From NCBI GenBank assembly GCA_002633005.1, contig NMRA01000088.1, positions 794,437 through 858,436 on the forward strand: a DNA stretch of 64,000 nt, written 5' to 3'. This DNA is from Phoronis australis (Eukaryota; Animalia; Phoronida). The position numbers and the translations under genes are program-made. Below the pieces are notes generated by a model. The model was not told where the DNA came from and ran no database searches. It saw nothing but the letters and a program-made list of their open reading frames with translations. Shown here piece after piece: positions 1-13,600 of this stretch (the stretch's first letter is position 1; each line of letters starts with the position of its first letter).

Positions 1-142
1 TAATACGTAAACGAGGCTGTTTTCTATAGTGGCGTATTTTGTCAGTAGAAAGTTTTGAAATAGTTAACCAATTGAAACCCTTGGTTTATGTAATTTGCGA
101 ATCTGTGACCCGTTTGTAAGCTACATAAATTTGTGTTTGTAG

Positions 143-196
143 GGGGATGAGCAGACATATGAAATGTCCAGCTTGAGCAACCAGGGAACCTCTGAG
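143..196 (+). CDS. CC2D2A: candidate upstream CC2D2A exon (GDEQTYEMSSLSNQGTSE)
   Basis: ttgtgtttgtag acceptor, GAG|gtaatg donor, 54 nt, open in phase 0/0; no recognisable homology. Confidence 0.5.
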
Positions 197-627
197 GTAA
201 TGGACTTTTTCTACCTTAACCTATTGTACACAACATCTAGTGTTAACACGCCAAAACAGTAACATCCTGTTGCTGCAAAATTGACAAAATTAGAGGAAAA
301 TACTCAGTAACCTGTGATTTCGTTCATGATTTTGGGTATAGACATAACTAGACTAGTTTCGACTAAATTCATAACACAGCACACATCTAGTGATTTGCAA
401 TGACTACATAAAGCTAGCTGGAGGTCAATTAGCTTTAAACTATTTCTTTGTTTCTCATCTGATTTGTTCTTCTTTTGAGATCTGCCCTACATCATAAAGC
501 TTAGCTTTCTATATGGCACAGGTCCCAGTATTTTTGCCATTAACAAGGAAATGCTTTTTTACATTAATTCTTAATTATTTTAATAATTATTTACAGAAGG
601 TGGGATAAATTAAATGATGTCTCTGTA

Positions 628-1090
628 GGCCCTTTCATACTGACTTAACTCCGGTCTGAGTGGAGTGTCGACGTTAACTGCGAAGTTAACTGAACCGTTC
701 ATACCAGCTTCGGTAGTTAACGGGCATCGAAATAAAATGTAGCTGATGCTGTTGTCATTGAAGTAATCGCATGCACGCTAAGATTTTTATATGTGACAAT
801 TTGGGGACATTTACATGTGCTAATTGACGTAAAACTTTTTTCTAATTCGATTGGTGATTATTGGAGCGACAGCACTGCCTTTTAATTGTTGACGATAACT
901 GGCGATAACTTCGACGGAACTGAAGCTGACCGTTCATACCGCACTGCAGCGTCGAAGCTCTGCTGTTAAATCCAAATGTTAACTGCAAAGTTAACTGGCG
1001 CTCTTAACTGCGATCCAGGACCGAAGTTAAACATTCATACTGACCGCAACTCCCAAAACATCGACACGTCGACGTTAGTACGAAAGCGCC
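628..1090. mobile_element. non-autonomous DNA transposon, PIF/Harbinger-like MITE
   Basis: Imperfect TIRs GGCCCTTTCATACTGAC / GTTAGTACGAAAGCGCC; internal TTCATAC and GTTAAC repeats; TSD not intact. Confidence 0.65.
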
Positions 1091-2097
1091 TTGTTATGTG
1101 GTCTCATTGCATATTAAAAGATTTTTGCGATATTTTAACATACTTTAAATGCTAATTAAAGTTAACAAGAGGACACATCAGGACAGGGCTGCAGACTCCT
1201 GGTTCAAAGTTCTGATGATTTTTCAAGAATATTTTACGTATGGGGAAAAGACAATGTTATTACGTGAACTGCTCTTTTCTTTGTCCGTTTCAAGCAAAAA
1301 AGCACAAAATGATGGAACCAAAATTTTAAATAGCATCTTGGCAGGGTTGATAAGGGGACACCTTGTCCTGTTAAAAAGGGGACACTTGTGGTCAAAGCTT
1401 TGAATATGCCAACGAGGAGTTTCATAAACAAGCTTCAACAAAGCAAAGGGATTTTAAACCAAGTATTAGTGTTCTGTTAAGATCTGGTTAATTTAAAACA
1501 CAAGTTTACTGACAAGTTATGAAAATAATACGCAAAGTAAGCCATGAATTAGTTCTGTGCACAAAACCAGCAAACTGCAGCTGCTAAGTAGAGAACATAT
1601 TTTTGTAGGCACTGTGCACTGAAGTCATGCGCATGTAGCAGTTGCTGCACTCCATGATTGAGTGACCAATACGTAACGCTCATGGCAGTCATTATCGGGA
1701 GCTTTCACTTTTTGACTTCAGACTCGAATCCACACAAGGCGTTTGAAAGCAGAATTTTTGAAAAGTTGGGGAGGGGGTGGGGGTGGATTGCGAGTTAAAG
1801 TGATATTAAACTCATGCTTTCTGTCAAAAGAAAATTAATTTAGGCCACTTACCGTTTCAAAATTAGTCTTTTCTTGTTCCTTACTCAGTTTAGAAGTGAT
1901 CTCTGGTCTCAAGAAGAAGTGACACTTGGTAATTTCATCAGAACAAGAGCATGAAATTTGAGCTTTGTCTAAAGTAAAGCACTGTCTGTTCTTCCATAGC
2001 TTCATCTGAGTAAGGAACAATATGAGGTTATAACAGTAAGTGGCCTAAATCAAAACATGTTTTTTGACAAAAAGCACGAGTTTAATGCCACTTTAAG

Positions 2098-2185
2098 CAA
2101 GGCTTGGAATTTTCCGCGGAAACGCGGATTTCCGCTTTTTTTAAATGTGCTTTCCGCTTTTTTTTTAATATTTCCGCGTAAAAAA
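2098..2185. mobile_element. left end of a MITE (TIR CAAGGCTTGGAAT) running into the assembly gap
   Basis: Same terminus as element 29849-30093; subterminal TTCCGC repeats. Confidence 0.55.
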
Positions 2186-2779
2186 NNNNNNNNNNNNNNN
2201 NNNNNNNNNNNNNNNNNNNNNNNNNNNNNNNNNNNNNNNNNNNNNNNNNNNNNNNNNNNNNNNNNNNNNNNNNNNNNNNNNNNNNNNNNNNNNNNNNNNN
2301 NNNNNNNNNNNNNNNNNNNNNNNNNNNNNNNNNNNNNNNNNNNNNNNNNNNNNNNNNNNNNNNNNNNNNNNNNNNNNNNNNNNNNNNNNNNNNNNNNNNN
2401 NNNNNNNNNNNNNNNNNNNNNNNNNNNNNNNNNNNNNNNNNNNNNNNNNNNNNNNNNNNNNNNNNNNNNNNNNNNNNNNNNNNNNNNNNNNNNNNNNNNN
2501 NNNNNNNNNNNNNNNNNNNNNNNNNNNNNNNNNNNNNNNNNNNNNNNNNNNNNNNNNNNNNNNNNNNNNNNNNNNNNNNNNNNNNNNNNNNNNNNNNNNN
2601 NNNNNNNNNNNNNNNNNNNNNNNNNNNNNNNNNNNNNNNNNNNNNNNNNNNNNNNNNNNNNNNNNNNNNNNNNNNNNNNNNNNNNNNNNNNNNNNNNNNN
2701 NNNNNNNNNNNNNNNNNNNNNNNNNNNNNNNNNNNNNNNNNNNNNNNNNNNNNNNNNNNNNNNNNNNNNNNNNNNNNNN
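2186..2779. other. assembly gap
   Basis: N run. Confidence 0.99.
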
Positions 2780-2831
<52 letters not shown>

Positions 2832-2850
2832 TGTGTGTGTGTCTGTGTGC
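2780..2850. repeat. (GT)n microsatellite
   Basis: Seen directly. Confidence 0.97.
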
Positions 2851-3550
2851 CTGTGTATTTGTCTGTCTGTTTGGCTTAAAGAGGGTATTAACCAGTCGCC
2901 AGATTGACTATTGCTCCTCCCACTCGATCTTGTGTTGCATCCTCGGACAAACTAAGACTATGTTAATGGCTGCAAGTAATCTTATATGTGTCTAAGGGAT
3001 AGGGCGGGAGGTCTCGGATGAACTATTTTGCTTTATAAGCCGTCATTGAAGTTCAAGGGCCATGTCTCGCCATTGGATTTTATGGCAATTCTGTCATAAA
3101 ATTCATATTCATATTTGCGTTACAGTCTTTATGAGTTGAGTTGTGTTGTTTCGAAGCTAGAGAAAAGGGACGTCCTGCGGTCATGGGACAAAAGCCGTGA
3201 TTGACACCTGGTGACTGGTTAATTGGGTCGTTTGAATATATGCAAAAAACTCTCATGCTTTGTCATAAGCCAACTTTTTGATTTAGGTCAGTTTAAGGGG
3301 TGCGTCTAACTTCCAGCTAAGATCTCTTAAAGCAGCATTAAACCCGCCCTCTATCTCAAACTATTTGGACCACATGGTGTTATGAAATTGGTCTCAATTT
3401 GTTTGTTTCATACTCAAATTCCATGTGATTCCTTGGCTTTGAACAAACTAACAGATTGTTACTGTTTGAGACCAGGCTTTACACGTTGGTTTGTCACGGC
3501 GTGCGATTTCATGCACCTGAGCATGGTCTCTGGTAATAACGAACTGTCAG

Positions 3551-3616
3551 TTCACTGCAAACCTAGAATTCACTACTCGTCTGAGCAAAGACCAAGTCGA
3601 GTCCCATCTTACATCG
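3551..3616 (+). CDS. weak candidate exon (FTANLEFTTRLSKDQVESHLTS)
   Basis: Strong donor TCG|gtaagt and phase 0 compatible with exon 4428; acceptor is weak and ambiguous (3551 or 3567). Confidence 0.25.
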
Positions 3617-4427
3617 GTAAGTGGTCTAAATCACAAAGTATTTGCTTGGACGGAATGCAAGTTTATAGCCGCTGTAAACTCCTGTCCCTGTCCATCAGAA
3701 ATTGAGTCCATGGTACAAATCCTCACTACATCATTCCTAAACTCCCACACGTGCACGGAATATGCTCCATGTTCATTGGCCAGATTCCATGACCACAGTT
3801 CTAGTCAGCAGCTGGTATGTAGAGGTGAAAATCCTTTTCGACATGACAGACCCATCAAAACTTTCCAAAACCACCGAACTTAGTGGTCTCCAATTTTACG
3901 AGTATAGTCTTCTGAGGCATATGTGCGTGTATTGTAGCCCAAATATCCCAAATAATATTTTCGGTCAACTCAAATGCATATGGCTGAGCTTCAGTTAGAG
4001 GCGCTGGCTGCTTTTTAATGTTTTGGGCACATCTTAAAGTGAATGGTTGTATTGTTTTTTGTCCATTCTTAGTGTTTTTCAGAATTAGTTATGGTGTTAA
4101 ATTGAATCCATGTCAATGTCTACCATTTTATAATGGATAAACCATTCCTGTTTCACTAGAACAGCATTTCAAAAATTAGCTCCACAATTTTACTCAAGTG
4201 TGTGACATGTTTAAGGACATACACGTGTGATTTTAAAACACATTTGCAGCTGTACAAAACGATCGTAATCCAAATGCTGTGGAAATGGAGAGAAAATTTC
4301 TCAGTAACCAGTCGTGTTCAAGTTGTGACAAGGAAATCCATGAGCCTCATGCTTGACATCTTGTCTGCTAGTCTGACATTGCCGTTTCACTGCTTTTAAG
4401 TGTTACGTGATTATTTCTTCTTCTTAG

Positions 4428-4635
4428 CTCTCCAAGGCGCTTAAGTATGGTAAAGAGGACGTGACCGGTCAACTGCGACAGGCGAAGCGGAAGAGCCGAC
4501 AGAAAGCCATCGATCAAAGCCAGCTGTTGGATGATGAAGACGGCACCATCGCCATGGAAGATGATGTCGATGAGGAAACTACGCTAATCGAGAGTGTGGA
4601 TGAAACGGCGCGACCAGCCAAGAGACGCGGCAAAG
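4428..4635 (+). CDS. CC2D2A: CC2D2A exon 1 (window numbering), [10 protein letters not shown]...AKRRGK
   Basis: ttcttcttag acceptor, AAAG|gtagat donor, acidic/basic open frame, phase 1 matches next exon. Confidence 0.8.
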
Positions 4636-7600
4636 GTAGATGTGAAGGTCTTGCTGACGCTCATTTGTTGCATTCTTGTTTCGCATCACGCTAGGTGTTG
4701 GAAACCACTTGCGTGCTTTCTCTGAAATTTTGGACGCTCTGTGAGAGAGTTTCATAAATCCGTCGCACACTCTTCCGTGTTTCACATTCACTGGCTTAGA
4801 TGAAAGCCTAGTGTTGGAATACATTGAAATGTTGCCATAATATTTCCATTTCTGCTGCAGGTTTGATGAGTGCCGAAGATGCGGCATTGGCAGCATCCAC
4901 CCTGACGGGAGCCCCACGGGAGGGCAAGACACCGCGTAACGTCAACGCCTCCATTAGGGAGAAACTGCGTAACAAAGTGCAGTTGGCCAGGGTATGTTCC
5001 TTTTGTCATGTTTGAGTGATATTCAGTGCAAGACAAATGTAATCAGACAAACTACTGTTTTCTAGTCATGACGGCTAATTTTGTTCGGAGCAAAAATTAC
5101 TTGTAGTAAGTATAATGGTGGCAAAATGCAAATTACAGAGCGGCTTAGCCACCATACTAATTTTCTTGTTAATTCCCCTTCATACTCAGTCATCAGGGGA
5201 GACTACTCAGATGATAAGTGTGGCTTCTGCCCAGCCGTCATGACGGGCAATTCCAGGTCATTTTGTCTGCATACTTTCGTCTCGTACTTCAGCTCATCGC
5301 TTTGCAGTGGGATCAAAAGACAGTGTCGACTGCAAATGCTGAAAACGCACGCATCCATCACCAGTCGTTTTATGCTTTGTGGAGAATCGCGTGAATTAGT
5401 GGTTAGAGGAAATGCTGAACACTTGTGCATCCATCTCCAGACGTTTTATGGCTTGTGGAGATTTTCTCTGATGCTGATGGCAAAACTCAAAATACTGCAC
5501 GGTGCTGAATGTTTGAACATGGTACACATCAGTAAAAAATGTCCAATAGCTTTCTGGAGATAAAAAACAAGTAACATTTTCATTCCGCTTCAACTTTCGT
5601 TTTGTTTCCTTTCTAGCGCTGCAAACATTTGCATCATTTCTGTTGCACTGGAGATTGTTACACATGGGTTTGGTTGCTTTGGTAACTGAGTTATGGTATA
5701 TCTGCTTTGGAGCGATAATCACTTCCTGGGTTTTGAGAACCAGTTTAACGCCTGTTATTCTGTGGAAAAAAATGTCGTGTTCTCAAAACGCGGAACCTCT
5801 GTAAGTGATTATTACCCACTTTGGAATTGGAAAACAGGTTTAAATTGTGGTTGAGATGGCATTCAAGAGATCATGAAAGTAAGCCAAGTCATTGCCAAGA
5901 GAATACCTGTGGTCTGTGGAATTCTTGTTCACTCATGAGATTTCACATTTAACCTTGTGCAACAAAAATAGGTTTCCATCTATTGTAGAAGATAAACATT
6001 GTAAATGCCGCATAGTTTCTCGTTACTTCATAACAAAGTCAAGAAAAATATTTGCACCCCCTCATTGATATATTTATCATTTATTCTTGTTTTGCTCTGC
6101 TAATTACGTGTAATTAAAATACCTTAATTATAAGTAATACCTAAATTTGTAAAGTATCTGAAGTTAATTGTAGGTTGAGTACCTGTTTGTTTTTCTGTGG
6201 GAAGCCGTGCATATCCGAATAATTAGTTAAAAATATGTACTCAGGGTATTGATTAAACAGAGATCGGACTGTCTCTCATCATTTTGTCACTCAGTGCTCA
6301 AGTAGGTGTTAGGACCGTCGCATAGCACGTCAGTCGTAAATACCTATGTCATACGATAGGCGTCGTTTGGAATCTTTGAGTAGGTGGTCGGGGGTATTCA
6401 GTGTAATGCTTGAGATGGTCTTGAAAAAATCAGTGACCAGAGTGTTTCCATTCGTGTACTTGCTGGGAGTTATTTGCTAGTGCTGAAAGTTTTGTAAAAT
6501 GTTATCTACTAGCATGAGATCATAAATATTGGTTTTTAAATATTTGTGACGAAAAAGATAGTGTAGAATAAGGGGAGTTAAGCCCAGAAAGCATTGTTCC
6601 TCATTACAAATAGTAATGGTTGAAACTCGGGTATTTTAAAATTTTTTTAATTTTCTTATTCTGACCAGGATGGGATAGACTTGTTGAATTTATAAGCTTT
6701 GACCAGACTTATGAAAGGAAGTGTGTTGCGTTTGTGTGATTATTATCAATTGCTATTTCTCAGCGATGTCTGTCAGACATTCGTTGAAGTCAAAGCCGGT
6801 GTCTTTACCATTTAAATACTCTTAAAATACTCCGCACTTTAAAGCATGGGATTTGGCTCAGCTGCTGAGCGTTCGGCTAGTAGTGCAGAGCTAGTGGCTT
6901 CGATTCCGCGCTACTGCTTATTGCTGTTAAATTTCTTTTCTCGCCTTTAAGATGATTCTGATGTTTAAAGTTGTTGGTATCCAAGACGATTTGTCAAATG
7001 GCATATGTTAGAAAAAGGAAATGATACAGAATAGAGGACACATTCACAAGAATTAACAAATTGCATTGATTTTTTCATGATTTAGCTCTTTGTTCATTGA
7101 TAATGAATATTGCATGGTTTCTGTGCAGACAGTCCTCCAGCCAAACAAGCAGACATACAGACAGATAGACAGACAGACAGACATTGCCCTATATCCCTTC
7201 TGGTAGTGTACCGTGGCTAAGGGAATTATCACTCTGGGGTACTGTATGTGGAATTACTGTTGCTGTAATCCTGTATTTAATGTGTATGAGGTGGGATCCA
7301 TTCTCTGTCTTTTCTGCCAAGTTTATCCAGTGCAGTCTCAATTGGGTGCAGTTCAGGTGAACCCGTCCATTTCGTTAGTGTTGTGCGTCTGCAGTTCCTG
7401 TGTACATTTGACATTGCTGGTGCCTTCCTTCATTTGCTGGACATGAAACGAGCAATTTCTTGCGTAAAATCTGACGTCAAATCAGCCGAACTCCACTGAC
7501 AATTTCATGGGATTGTGATTTGATCTTTTTAGCTGTAGCAAAATCGTCTTCTGTCTGCAAAAGTGTAAATTTGTAGATGTGCTACTTTTGCTCTACATGT

Positions 7601-10600
7601 TCCCACACCATTCTTTGCATCACCTGTCTCTTGCCGTAGTTTTAGATTTCTGCCAATGGTAGCTTAAGTCACCCTAAAAGTCTGCGCACCCTAATTTGAC
7701 ATTTTTCCAGCGTCTGGCAAGTGAAGAGCTGCACGCTGACTTAGAGTCTGTGAGCAAACCATGTTTTTGGCCAGTGCAAATAACACAATACCATTTTCAA
7801 TGCTGTCAACTTGGCACCTTTCCTCCGTGTGTACATAAACAGACACTGGTATAAGTTCCCAGCTTTACAAAGTTTCTTTTGATTTTATCTGAGTAAACCC
7901 AATTGCCGAAATTGCAGTTTTTGATGTTTGACCCTAGCACTTTTAATTAGTTGCAGTTTATACAGTTTTGAAGATAAGACATCTAATTTTTTACCATTCT
8001 GTCAGTAAAAGACTGTTCTTTGCATTGATACCAATTTTTTTAGAATCATTTTTTTGATTGTGGAAAATATTTGGAAAAATTATTTTAATACACAAGTACT
8101 GTATTTACATTTGATGCCAGTGCAGTTTCTGCAGTAATGTCTAGTTCTTCAGATGTACACGTGAATCCAGTAATTTCCGTTTTTGAGAACCTGCAATGAC
8201 AGACATTTGCAGGCCTGTGCTCTGCCTGTACCATCAGTCACCCGTAAAAAGCCTTCGTGGCATTTCAAGTCATACCACCAGACCACAGGTACATGTGGAA
8301 TTAGTGAGCTTTGCTCGATCATTGCTAGACACCTGTTGTATGCTGCTTTTAGTGATTAAACCAAGCTCCTCAAGTGGGTTGATGGCGGTATTTTGTGGTT
8401 ACAGTACTAGGCGGCAGAACCATTTTGAAAGGTTTTTGGGGTGAAGATTGTGCGAGTGATAGTAGAAGCCCAGAAACTTTCCTACTTTGAAATTTGGATA
8501 ATCGTGTGTGCCCCATATGAAAAGACGTTTTGTGAATATTATTAGTGTAGTGGGGACGACAATGTCTTCTCATTTTTGGGCAGATTTGACATATTCTGTC
8601 TCAACTAGTGGTGATTTTTTTATGTTTTGAGTCCATTTCTTTTGCGTCCAACTCTGTCTGCCAGTCTGTCAAAGGATCAGTGTGAAAATTTGCAGACGAG
8701 TTTCTGACGAAAAGACCGCAGCTGACGTTGTTATTCGAATGGATTCGACTACGTTGATTCCCCCTTAGTGGCATTTTTTTTTCCTTCTGTGCCTATGGTT
8801 GTATCTCCTTATCCCTTATAGGTAGAATCTGTGGGAAATTTGGCGGATGTGCTCCTAGTGAGCTGACAGCGGATTGTGACGAGTTTCAGGCCAATCTGAC
8901 TGTTTCCCCTAGTGGCAATTTTAGTTGTTGATGTGTGCCTCAATCTTCGGAGGTCATTTGTCGATTTTTTCCGTAAAATTATGGGAAATTGTTTCTTAGG
9001 ATATGATGAACTTGTCCACTGCCTGTAGTGTGCGCTTTATTTAATAAGTTTTGGTGTATTTATTACTAAGTATGTTTGTAGTTGTAAGGTGATGCACTGC
9101 AAACTTAAAAACATTCAAAGAAATGCAGACAATCCTCTTCCCTAGTTTATCATTTTGTGCTGATAGTTTGATCACCTTTTTATTAATTAATCTCGTTCCT
9201 AAGTTAATAAACAATGCTGTTATTGTCATTTGAAGTTTGAGTAAATTTTGAGGCACCCTGTATTTTCTGAAAGTATAAAGAGTGTAAAATTTTAATTTTA
9301 GACTTCATACTAATCTGTCATTGATTGAGTCGCCTCACCATGTCTGTTTGGGAAGATTTGACAAAAAGGAAAATAAGGATCTTGGCAATAGCACTACCAA
9401 ATTTCTTTAGATATAAATATTCAAAGTGAAATTTAAATTTCTTAAATTATTGTTTTGCATGAATTGGTTAAAATAGGTTTGCGTTGTTTCATAGTAGTTC
9501 CTTATGTTATAATGAAACACGTTAAATAAACATTTTCTTGCAGCGTTTTGTTTCTATTTGAATCTAATCCTCCGTTCTTGACTGTCTTGCACTGTAATTT
9601 TGCTCAGTCATCATTGCGACTACTGCAAAACATTTGTGCTTACTTGAAGATTCTGAGCTCTTTATTTAATACGGCTCCGTTTTGTCTACTCTGCTCAGTG
9701 CATTAGGAATTCCATGCTTCAAAACGAGCTGGTCACTCCTCGGTGCAGAGGTATCTCCTTGCAAGCCCAAGGCCTTGAACTTCAGCAGCAATGCTGCTGG
9801 CATTTTCCCCTGTAGCTGAACAACTGACTCCTTGTCAGTCTTCTAAAGACCTAACTTTAATCTCCCTGTTTTAGTCTTTACTCTTGGTAATTCACTAATA
9901 CCCTGGGAAAATGTAGTCATTACTACTGAGTCTTGTGGTTGTAGTTATGGGCACCTAGTGCAGGAGATGCTGATCAGTGGAAGTTCAGTGTAGCTACATT
10001 TGTAATTTCCCTGCCGTTTATGTTTCACTATCGAAGTTTGGCTATGTGGTTGTCAGATCTGATATTTTTTCAGTAGGTGATTCTTCATTTTAGATGCAAT
10101 TAATGTTCAACTAGCTACAGGCATTGGCCGAATCATCAAAAGTTGTGATTAACAAGCTAGTTTTTTTTTACAGCAGCACTATGTTTTTTGCCTACGGTGT
10201 TTGAAATTCTGAACTTGTGCTTGAAGAATGGGTGACCAAACTCATCTGTATGGTGTGATTAAACTTGTCAAAGTTCTTTCTTACAAAATTCTGTGTTTTA
10301 AAATTTTTTTTTCTATTTGTTAAGCACACTAGTTCAGATTATTTCCTGCAGAAATGGCATGCCAAAGGCTTTCACTTACGAAACCAGTTTTGAGTGGTAA
10401 GAGTTCCTGGAAGGGGGATGGCGACAGTTACGTGAAAATTCGGATAGCTGTGTGAACCTTTAAAGTTGTCAGACTTTTCCTTGGATATCTCTGTGTTGTG
10501 ATTGGCTTATTGTGTGTTTGCAGGAAAAGGCAGAGGAAGAAGCGAAAGATGAGTCGAGACCTGGCCGTCGACTTCGTGGGATGAGGGACAAGCCTCTTTT

Positions 10601-13600
10601 AGCGACGCGGTTTGATGACGCATCATTGGTAAGTAAACGTTACGCCTTCTGAATGGAACAAACACTTCGTCGCGATATTGGCTTAGCACAGAAATTGCCA
10701 CTGCCTTGTGAGATGCTACAAAATATATCATGAAATCTCACGAGTTTGGTGCAATAGTAAGTATCAGAATTACCATTTCTTCATTTTTCGTCTGCATTGT
10801 TAATGAATGCCCACAATTGTCTGATGGTACGGTAATTCCCCACTTGTTTCGCACAAAATAAACATATTTTCCCGCCAATCGGGGTGTGCCAAATAAACTG
10901 AATATAAAAATTTTGTAGCTGTTGGATGTGCAAGATTAATAGTCAGTGTCACCAACTGCAGTGTTTGAATTTAGCCAACTGCCCGTGATTGAATTTAATG
11001 AAATGCTGCCCACGGGTTGGCAAAGGCACCAGTTAAAAGTAATTAAGTTCTTTTATCTTGTTCAGCACATTCGAGCACATGACTGAGTGACACAACGCTC
11101 ATCTAGGCGTGTCACTCACAGGCATGCTCAAAACGGTCGTTCACTAATGACAGGAAGGAGTTTTGTATTAGAACAGGAAAAGTAACTTAATTAATGTTAA
11201 TTGGATCCCATTCACACAGCCAGTTCGCGATGCTTGGTTTCTCAGTTAATTTTGGAATTGTTCCAAGTGATTATTGGACTAACAAAGGTGACAGTATTTG
11301 AGTGACACGTCTAATAAGCATCGCAATACTGAAGCTGTTGCAGCTTTCTTTCCAATTTAGGACAATTATTGCCGAGTTGATCGTTTTCATTTTTCAAAAA
11401 CTCGTCAATGCCCGCAACTTCTCATATTATTGTTTGATGATAGCTGTGTCTTAGAACTCCAAAACGACAAGGTATTTAGTGCCACTTATTTTCCATGAAA
11501 AAATTAGAAAAAAAAATTGTCCACCATAGCGTGTCCTAAATTTGTGAGAGTTTACTGTAGTTTCTATTCGTTCAATAGCTGACCAAAGAGGAACAGGAGT
11601 CTGAGGCGGCGTTGGATAGGTCAATGAATATGAGAAGCAAGTGGCGGAAAGCTGCGGACAGGGTTAGTCCGACAAAGGTAGGTTAATTATGTGTTTGACG
11701 ACACGTTGTGGTGTGGTGTGGAGTTGAAAATGAAACCGTTGTTACGGATTACTTGTATGATGTTTGCAATGTTGCTTGTGACGGTGTTTAGGGCGTAAGT
11801 GTGCAGGCCATAAACGTTTTCTCTGGCGTTAAACAATTAAAGTTTTATAGGAACCTAGAAAAATGTCCGCATTTGGATGTTTTTGGAACGTCATATCTTG
11901 GAAATGGTTCATCAGTACTCTAATAAGCTGTTAGGAATTGGTTTTAAAATGTTCCACTTTTTCATGAGCTCTAACAAAAGTTGCACAAAATTAAAAAGAA
12001 ATAATTAAAAAAATTCATCTTGGACATTTGTATCAAATAAAGTTTGGTCATGTTGTCGATACTGTTGTTCACCTTTCATTTTTTGGTAAATTTTAATGAG
12101 AAGGCTGTTAATGACAACAAAATTAGCCAGGAAAACCCAAGAGTGTATTATACTATTTTAAGAATATTCTGAAAACTTATTTTGTGAGACAGTAATGAGT
12201 CATGGCGTAATCGTCATGACAATAAAACAAACTTCTTCCGCAAGTTCAGCCACTTGACCGAAATCAGGAATACCAGAATAAATGATCATAAATTCAGTTT
12301 ATTTCAAAAGTGGTCTTGTGCCAACTAAAGCGCTTTCCGTCGTAAATACTTGCCAGTCGCAGAAGATAATGCATTTCATCAAACTCACTATTGCCTCTTG
12401 ACCAAACTTGATCATCGGTAGCTGTATAATTTACAGCCCGTTTATGTTTTAGTGCATCTCTTGCAGTGCATATACAAGTGTCAAAACACTGGCTAGCATC
12501 AACTGCCAGCTTTATGGCCAGCAGGAATTTACAGTTCATAGTTTTTTGAAATAGATCACCCCTAATTAGAGGCACGCTGGTCATTTTACAACGGGTTATT
12601 TGTTGAATGGCGTGTGATATTTAGCATTAGTATGACTGAAGCACTGCGCTGTGCCATAAATAGTCGGTGTGCTACTGCTTGTATTACATGATGATATTAG
12701 GAAGCCCATTCGTTTGACTCATTCCTCCTGGTGTGTGTGGCTTGCATTCCTTCACTACGTTTACAACTTTCCTGTGGGTTGTTGTGTTGCCTCCAGTCAG
12801 CTGAGGAACGTGATTGCCACTGACAGTTTTAGTGCAGTGGTACGCACGCGCAAATTGGAACAAAAATAATCACCCGAATTCAAAATTGTCATTTTTCCTT
12901 TTGTCAAAAGCTGATTACATTATTGCTTTCATTGAAGATTTCCCTCTTCCCCCATATTGTGATCTACATTTAAAAAAAAAAAAATAACCGACATGTATTA
13001 TACGCACTCATAGTGTTTAAACTTGACTGTGTTTTTGTGACAGACGGAATGTTTGCAGTAACGGCTGCAAAGTTCAAAGTATATACACGTCTCTTGGGGT
13101 GCGGGGGGAGGGGGGNTCCCTGATTATACATAGCATTCAACCAGATAAAAACTGCGTTAGAGATGACACATTTTCCAGTCTTGAAGCGACCGTGGGCATG
13201 CGATTTTGTTGATGAATTTGAATAGTTTCAGAACGGTGAATCCATAAGTGAATAAAAATTACCGTGGTAACCTTTACTTTAAGATGCTATGTCTCATTAA
13301 ATTGTAAATATGCAAATGAAGTACTAGCTTACAAACAGTCCAGGTCTTCCGGCGTGCCGGAAACCATCCGAGAACCAGTTACCATTGCAATCTTGCAAGA
13401 GTCTCATTTTGCGAGACTATTTTTATGTAAATGAGTATAGTAATATGTCATTGTTACCCTAATAAAACGAGGCGCATTTTTGTTATTTGTTCATTTCACT
13501 ATCAAATAACAATTTTGTAATATTTGGAATTACTTGGGTTTTCTGTATGTGCACACTTGTTTTTAAGTGTATCAGTTGTGTTTTTTCTAAAACCGCACTT

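Noticed and set aside
2057-2995. 312-aa ORF
   Set aside because: Made of an N-gap and a (GT)n microsatellite.
5081-5563. 160-aa intronic ORF
   Set aside because: TTG start, no recognisable domain, and not needed for CC2D2A phase continuity.
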